Assembly (NCBI GenBank): GCA_951804945.1
Contig: OX638152.1
Location: 105,338,001-105,402,000, forward strand
Direction: 5' to 3'
DNA: 64,000 nucleotides
DNA from: Podarcis cretensis
Taxonomy: Eukaryota
Shown here: positions 57,289 to 64,000 of the stretch, one piece after another
How positions within the stretch are numbered: position 1 is the first letter of the stretch
How the letters are laid out: every line of letters begins with the position of its first letter
Translations under genes and position numbers: made by a program
The notes under the pieces: model-generated
Told to the model about the DNA's origin: nothing
The model's input: only the letters and a program-made list of their open reading frames with translations
Database searches by the model: none

Positions 57289-60200
57289 GGTTTTTTTTGT
57301 AAAAGTTATTTTGAACATCCTTTTCAATTCATTATATATCATTTCCCAGTAAGCTTTAACCTTATTTCATGGCACCCCTTTCTAAGTGCTCACAGACTAA
57401 CCGTTTAGGAGATTTCCAGGTTCAGCATCAAGCTGACTGATTGGTCTTCTCTCCAACACAAGTGTTGAAGATAAGGACAACACTTGCCACCTCCAGTCTG
57501 CAGGGAGCTTTTTGGTGCCACCTTAGCCTTGATTGGAAGGGAAGGCAAATGGCAGCAGAAGATTTGGTTTCCTGACTCTCAGCTTGATGCTGGAGACCAG
57601 AGTCCCCTCAATCCAAGGCTGGCCGGCAGGCAGGAGGCTCCTGGGCCAGATCTCACAGTACAAGGGGCTACGGAGCCAGAGCCAGGACCCTGATGGACAC
57701 CTTCCATTGGGGCCAGTGAACTGAGCACCTGTCTCCCAGTCTGGGTACATATTACAATTTACATTGTATTTTAAATTCAGTTCAAACGTTTCAAAGGATG
57801 GTTGGATCGCTCACAACAAAGGAGGGAAGATTTTCTGGTTGTTGCATGGATGATAGATGGACAGCACATCTACAAACAAATTTATTGGTCCAGCCCTGTA
57901 ATGTCTCTTAGCTTTCCCAGTGTGAGGCTTTTCTATTTTAGAAGATAATGCTAAAACATTAAGGGAATATTGCGTAAAAGATTTCCAATTCTCCTCTAAC
58001 CTTGGAGATGCATATTGCTTCCAGGCCAAGAGCCTCATTATTAACACAGAGGCGCAGGCAATTTAATGGTGGGATTTTGTCTTGTTTTTGTGTAAAGGAC
58101 CTGATTTGTATTTAAAAACAAAAAACAACAACTACTACAACAACAACAGTGAATGCAAACCACAGATGTCGGGATTCACAAACAACTTACTTATCTCACT
58201 GGCTTCAAAGTAAATGCAAAGAATTAAATTCTAGAAAATATCTAACCTTCTGCCTTTCATATGTACTTTAAATACATTAATGCATGTAATATCAGTAGGA
58301 AGCAGCAGCCCTACTCAGTAAGCATATCGAGTATAGGGATGCAACTAATACATGTGATACTTTTTTTCTGTGAAACCAATGACCATTTTGTAATTTGGCT
58401 GATGGATAGATTAATGGATACATTAATGCATTCTTATATTATTTTTGAAAAAATATAGTAATTTATTTTGGCTAGTGATGATTAGTGTGCATTTAAATTT
58501 GGGGGCAGGTCGCTAAGTGGATGTTGATAGGACTGCACAGAGCAACCTCTGGGACTCCCCTTGTAGTGTTGTAGGTTATTTATTGAATTTCTATCCTGCT
58601 TTCTCACCAAATGGTGCTCAATATGACTTCAAATTCATTGTGAATTTTGCAGTGTGCAGTGGCAACGTTGGGAGAGGTTGCTGATCTCCTTCTGCAATAC
58701 TCTGCTGGCTGCCCTCAACATTCCTTTGCTCTTTTACCTCCAAAGTCACCATGGTGGTTTGCTGAGAATTTTGCTCTAGGCCGAGTCTCAGTTCAATAGG
58801 CCCCAACCAATTAGCAAAGTCCCTCTTCAAGATGGCAAAATGTGAAATATAGGAATGGAGCTTGTGGCATCACCTATGCCTGTTCCCAGCTTTCTTTAGA
58901 GATGCTGCTAGACAGCTGTGGGTTAATCAACTACAGCTCATCACCAACTCAACTTTAATTCTTAATGTGAACATGCCTTGCCTGTCAGTCAAAGGGAAAA
59001 GGCTAGAAGCACAGAGAGCTCACTAATGAAGCTCATCTGTACCTCTAGCATTTGTCAGATAAAAGCTAGAAGAGCTGGCTCTTCATAAGCATAGCAGGAA
59101 GCAGACTGAGCAAACAGAAACTTCATCAGAAACTGTGTGAGCTCTGTGCAAGAAATTAGGGAAAGAGGGCATGTACTCACCATGTGAACTCTCCTGCCCA
59201 TGATGTTCCACATGGCTGGAAACTGAAGATAGGCTATAGAGGGACTTTTAGCTAATTACTAGAGCATCTAGCGCTTGTTTGATCTTTTAGCTGTGCACTG
59301 TAAGCTCCATTATTGTGCACTAATTTTATTCACACCAATATCTAGTATGCTGAGGGAGAACCACAGGCACCATTGCTATCAAATATGTACAGTTGGAAGA
59401 TACAAGCACTTTGTTATGTGGAAAGAAACCAAGGTAACTAAAAAATGCATTTTCCCATCCTGCTCAGAAACGATTTTCTTTCAAAAATTTAACACCATAG
59501 ATTCCTGTTCTATTTAAGCAATTTTCTACCTCTGGAAGTTGGTTGTGTTCAGCTAGGAGAACTTGCTGGCAGCTGGTCACATTAATTTGCTCTTAAGAAC
59601 CTGGCAGAAAGGCAGAGCAGAGGAGTTCAGTGTTATATCTTAAAAGGGAACTAGGAGATGAGAACATTGCAAGAAGAGGGAGAAATGCTAAAGCAGAGGG
59701 GGGGTTTTGTACCTTGTTCGGGTTCAACAATTGGAAGCATTCTTTCACCCAACTAGGCCACAATCCAACAGAATTATGGCTGAAATCCTACCTTAGAGTA
59801 AATTCCACTGAAAATAGTAGGACTAGCTTCAAAGTTAACGGGCACATAGGAAATACTGTAAATTGCCTTGAATATTATCATGGTCTGTTTTGGAGTTGAA
59901 TGAGGGTACGTGGGTCAAATTCTTGCCCAGCCCTTGATTTCTCTGGATATCCTTGTGTAGCACCTTGCTTGTGGTTAACGCTTAGCTGGAATGAAATATT
60001 CAACGCAGCAATAGAGAAATTAAAATAATAATTTATTTGTCAGACAAATAAATGAGAGGCACAGTGGTATATGGTTACCAAGCTCTGGCCTGGCCTCTTG
60101 CCATTCTGGCCAGCACTTATATTTCTTTAATCCAGCCCCCTTGCTCCTCCTGTGGCTGCCTCTGTCCAATCAGCCTGGTTGAAATTCCTATTGGTTGTTT

Positions 60201-61514
60201 ACTAGAACCAATCACAAAAGATACACCCATTTCCTTCTGCCCTTTTATGGGAAACAAAAAGCTATATATTCTTCTATCTATAAATGACAAATAAGTAGTA
60301 ATATATCTTACATGTGTCTCAACAAGGAACCTTAATTACCAGTTCACCTCGCCCTATTGCCCTCCAAAACAGATGGTTAATCTCAAATTTTTATCTTAAA
60401 CAGATGTCAAGGATCATCATTGAAAGATCTCCTTCTCTTGAAGGTCTTTTAAACAAAGGCCTGACAACCATATGTGTGCTCTAACGATGTCTCCCGCCCG
60501 GCAGGGGGGGCTGGGCTGGTGGCTGATGGCCCCTGTGATCTCCTCCAACTACATGAAATAAGAATCTAGCATAAGGATTTAACATTTCTTAAATCCTTTG
60601 CATATTACATTTAAGCCAATATATTTAATACATAACATAAATAACCTTTTAAAAGGAAAAGAAATCTTAAAAGGATCTCAGTTTAAGAAAGAAACAACTT
60701 TAGAAAAAGACTTCCCAAAATACTCTCTTCCTTTCTGCCAGCTAGATGCTTTTCCATTGCTCTTGACCTTTGAACCTTAGGAAAATATGGCTCAAGTTTA
60801 ATGGGAGGCACATGGTTTTATTTTACTATTTATCAACTCTTAATTATGTTTATCTCTGCTTTTTTTATCTTCTGTAATATGTAGGGTCAGTGTCCTCGCT
60901 CTCAGCCTGTAATTCCCTTTGACTTTGAGAATTGTTTTCTGCTATAAATCAGGGGGCCCCCTTGTCTAGGAGGAAAAACATTGCCAAGGTTCTTAGGCAG
61001 CTGCTCTTCTGCCTGGCGTGAAACATTTGAAGATCTTTAAGCTCATTTTAAGATACAGGCCCTGATCAAAATATAAGCTTGATAAAAATGCAGGCTTATG
61101 ATTAGATGCCTCACTTGAGCAAGGCATTGCCACCCTAATCTAGCTCATAGGGGTGCCATAAAGATGGAATAAGATAACCCCCCACTCAATGTGTGCCTTT
61201 CTTAGCTGCTTGAAAATGTGCATTTGATATTTGACTTCCTTTAGTAATGTCTTTTTAAAGATTTATTTATTGTTAACGTTGCTGCAGTAAAAGTGCATTC
61301 TGTAGTTGACCTTCATAATGTTTTATTCTGAAATCTTTAATATATTAGCTTCCTGTTAATTACTTTGCTTTGAATGTATGCTTTATATTTGACTTCTTTC
61401 AGTAATGTTTTGTTCTGGTTTGTTTTATTCAATGTGTTGTAAACTGCTTTAAGATTTTTTCCCCATTAAAATATAAAATAGTATTGAAACAAAATGAACA
61501 ATAATGACCACGAA

Positions 61515-61592
61515 TTTAGATTCCTGCATTGCAGGAGGGGGTGGACTAGATTACCCTCGGGTACCCTTCTGACTCCAATAGTAATCCTATGA
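61515..61592 (+). mobile_element. CR1 3' tail remnant
   Basis: agattcctgcattgcagg...tggactagattaccctcgggtacccttc resembles 23330-23375. Confidence 0.65.
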
Positions 61593-64000
61593 ATATAATA
61601 ATAAAGGGAGTGCGGAGCAGGATCAGACTGACCAGCCCTGTCAGCCCTGACCGGTGTGTGTTGCAGTCCGGAACTGGCCGGATGTCTAAGCAAACTTGGG
61701 CACCCAGATCTGCATGTATGTGCAGCTGGGAACTGCAAAAGGCAGGGCACAATCTCACAACGTCTGAACATCCCAGAGGTTTTGGGTGGGCTTCAGGTTT
61801 CCTTGGTATTGTTTCCCCTTGCCCTTTGGTGTCATTTATTTTCATACAGTTACAAATACATACGACTTACACCCTCCCTTTCTGAGCCACTCAAAAAAGA
61901 CTTACAAAAGACTTAAAACATTAAACCAGCATAATTTCAATTAAAACAAGCAAGCTATAAAAAAGAGGGAAAGACAGCAGTCTAAAATCACTAAATCCTT
62001 CACCAGTCATTAAGCAAGCCCCCCCCTCAAAAACCAAATGAAACAACTTGCCATATGTTGTTGCATACTGTTGCTGTATGCAAGAGGATTTAGAGACTTT
62101 CGTTCTTGTTTACAATGTAAGAATTTTATGACTGGGTGTGCATTAAGAGAGGGTAGGGCAACACATCTTGATTGAGGATCAAACCAAAGGCATCATGAGG
62201 AAGCCACATATATAGATCTATTGGTATATTGTCTGTGGCATTCACACAAAGCAGGGAGGAGTGCAGCATCATGCAGGGCTCTTGTGTTTTTCTTTTTTTA
62301 CATGAAATGGAGGACATGGGTGAGGGAACTCCCCTCCCCAGGGTTAACCAAGCCTCAATTCACTGTGCGCTATTGCTTCAAGGGTCTTTCTCTCAACTTG
62401 GCTGAGAAGAAACTTGCTATTGGCAGAGCACAGAGCTAGCAACAGAGCAAGATGGGGGAAGAAAGGGCAGGCGGTTTCACTCGCCTTGCCTTGTTTCCAG
62501 GGCTCTTCTCTAGCCCTCTTCTGGTGTATTTGCAAGGGAGAGCAAGAGGTGTTGAGAATTCCATTCCTCCCGTGCTGCAGATGTGTGTGGGATTGGTACA
62601 TGTCACATGTCTGTTTACATTCCAGCACTGATTATTGGAGTCTTGTGGGCGGAAAGGGAGATTACATGTGGGGAAAGTAAAGGAGGCTCCTGTTCCAGAC
62701 AGTTATCCATGAGGGCAATTGGAACAGCAATGTTGTGCTCATTCTTGTGTGTTTATCAAGCAGAAGCCATCACAGAACGCCTGAAGAGGCCAGATGCCTT
62801 GAACATGGTTGAGGCAAGAGTGGCTGAATGCTGCAGATTCAGTTAAACAGCAGTGTAGAAATTGTCTTAAATACATTGGGTTGTTGTATTCAACATAGTG
62901 GGTGGGGGTCATGCAGATGAGCAGGGGGAGGTAGTTGAATACCACCCATAAAGAATAAATGGAAACATAGAAGTTAGACCATTAACTCTTGACTCCATTA
63001 GCAAAGTTCACACGACTGCCCTGTTGCTTCTTGTTGGACCCTTGTTTGTCCCAACATTCATCCTGTGGTGTAAGCAAAGGGGGTTCTTTGAAGCAGTTGC
63101 CTGAAAGTGTGGGTGTTGGGTGTACAGGCAGAGGGGCGCGCAAATGTTGGGCCATGATTGACTGGTGTGTTCTGAAGCCTGCTCCCCTTTATGAATGTCT
63201 GAAGGGGTTTTCTGAAAAGAGTTACTGTCAGGCCTATTTGTATAAGACCAAGCCGTGGTTCACATGTACATGAATTTATTTCTCCAATGGATGGGTTGAC
63301 AGCTGGTTGTGTAAACTGACTTCCCTGAAAATTCCCTGTAGTTGTGGTGGTATAAGCTGATCTGAACGTTCCATCCGGGATGCTAGACCTGCCACAGGCC
63401 CCTTCCCTGGATGTTAGGAATCAAGTGATGAACCAGATGTATGTAGCACTACTGTTTTGCAGACTAACTGAACCAGTCTACTCTCAAATTGGGAATCAAA
63501 GGGAAGATCTAGAAAGATTCTACCCTCCTGCTGACAAGACTGCTGCTCCCAGCTCCTTATCTGGGCCTCAGGAGAATATCCTGGTTCTGTACACTCTGTG
63601 GGATCTCTGTGCTGTCCGGCACGTTCATCTAAATGTTTTAATTGAGAGACTCTTGAGTTAAAAGTAACCTAATCCATTTGTCCACAGCTGTCAAGATCAA
63701 AAGGAATCACACGTGTGTTTCTCTTCTCGATTAATATGTTTTAATAAAAGTACTTCAATGAATGGCAAGCTAAGATCATATCCTCTCACCCAGATGTCAG
63801 TGCAATTTATAAATACAAAAGCAGCTCCCCACATCTGTTCTCTTATTTTCTTTTTCGATTTAAGAGGGAAATTGACCTTACAATCTTCAACGTGACTGCA
63901 GGTCATTGTTATTAGAGATGAGAAAATGCTGGTGTTCTGCTTTTGATTTAGCCTGGCAAACCTCCCAGATACATGACAATTGCAGTATAAAAACTCTGAA

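Noticed and set aside
57300-64000. Short ORFs in the distal region
   Set aside because: All are 101 aa or shorter with no domain signatures or exon structure; ordinary intergenic DNA with small CR1 remnants.

Overview
This is vertebrate genomic DNA, most likely from a lacertid-type lizard, inferred from the squamate-type repeats (Sauria/Squam1 SINEs, a Squam3-type SINE, RTE-BovB, CR1, L2, L1). The only host gene is protocadherin-17 (PCDH17) on the minus strand. Its large first coding exon (7419->4819) ends at a CAG|GTAGGA donor and overlaps a CpG-rich promoter region (~6.2-13 kb); later exons lie outside the window. From ~15.7 kb to the end the sequence is intergenic and rich in transposons, including several nested insertions with readable target-site duplications (TSDs). 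Three observations stand out. (i) Two divergent non-autonomous L1-derived retroelements (36928-38527 minus; 47125-48961 plus) each have a 17-bp TSD, no endonuclease or reverse transcriptase, and one open ORF1-like frame sharing C-terminal motifs with the other; they are candidate lizard 'half-L1' (HAL1-like) families. (ii) An L1 3' fragment is flanked by a 158-bp direct repeat that looks like a giant TSD. (iii) An internally deleted mariner retains both terminal inverted repeats (TIRs). All family assignments come from motif recognition by eye, not database searches.
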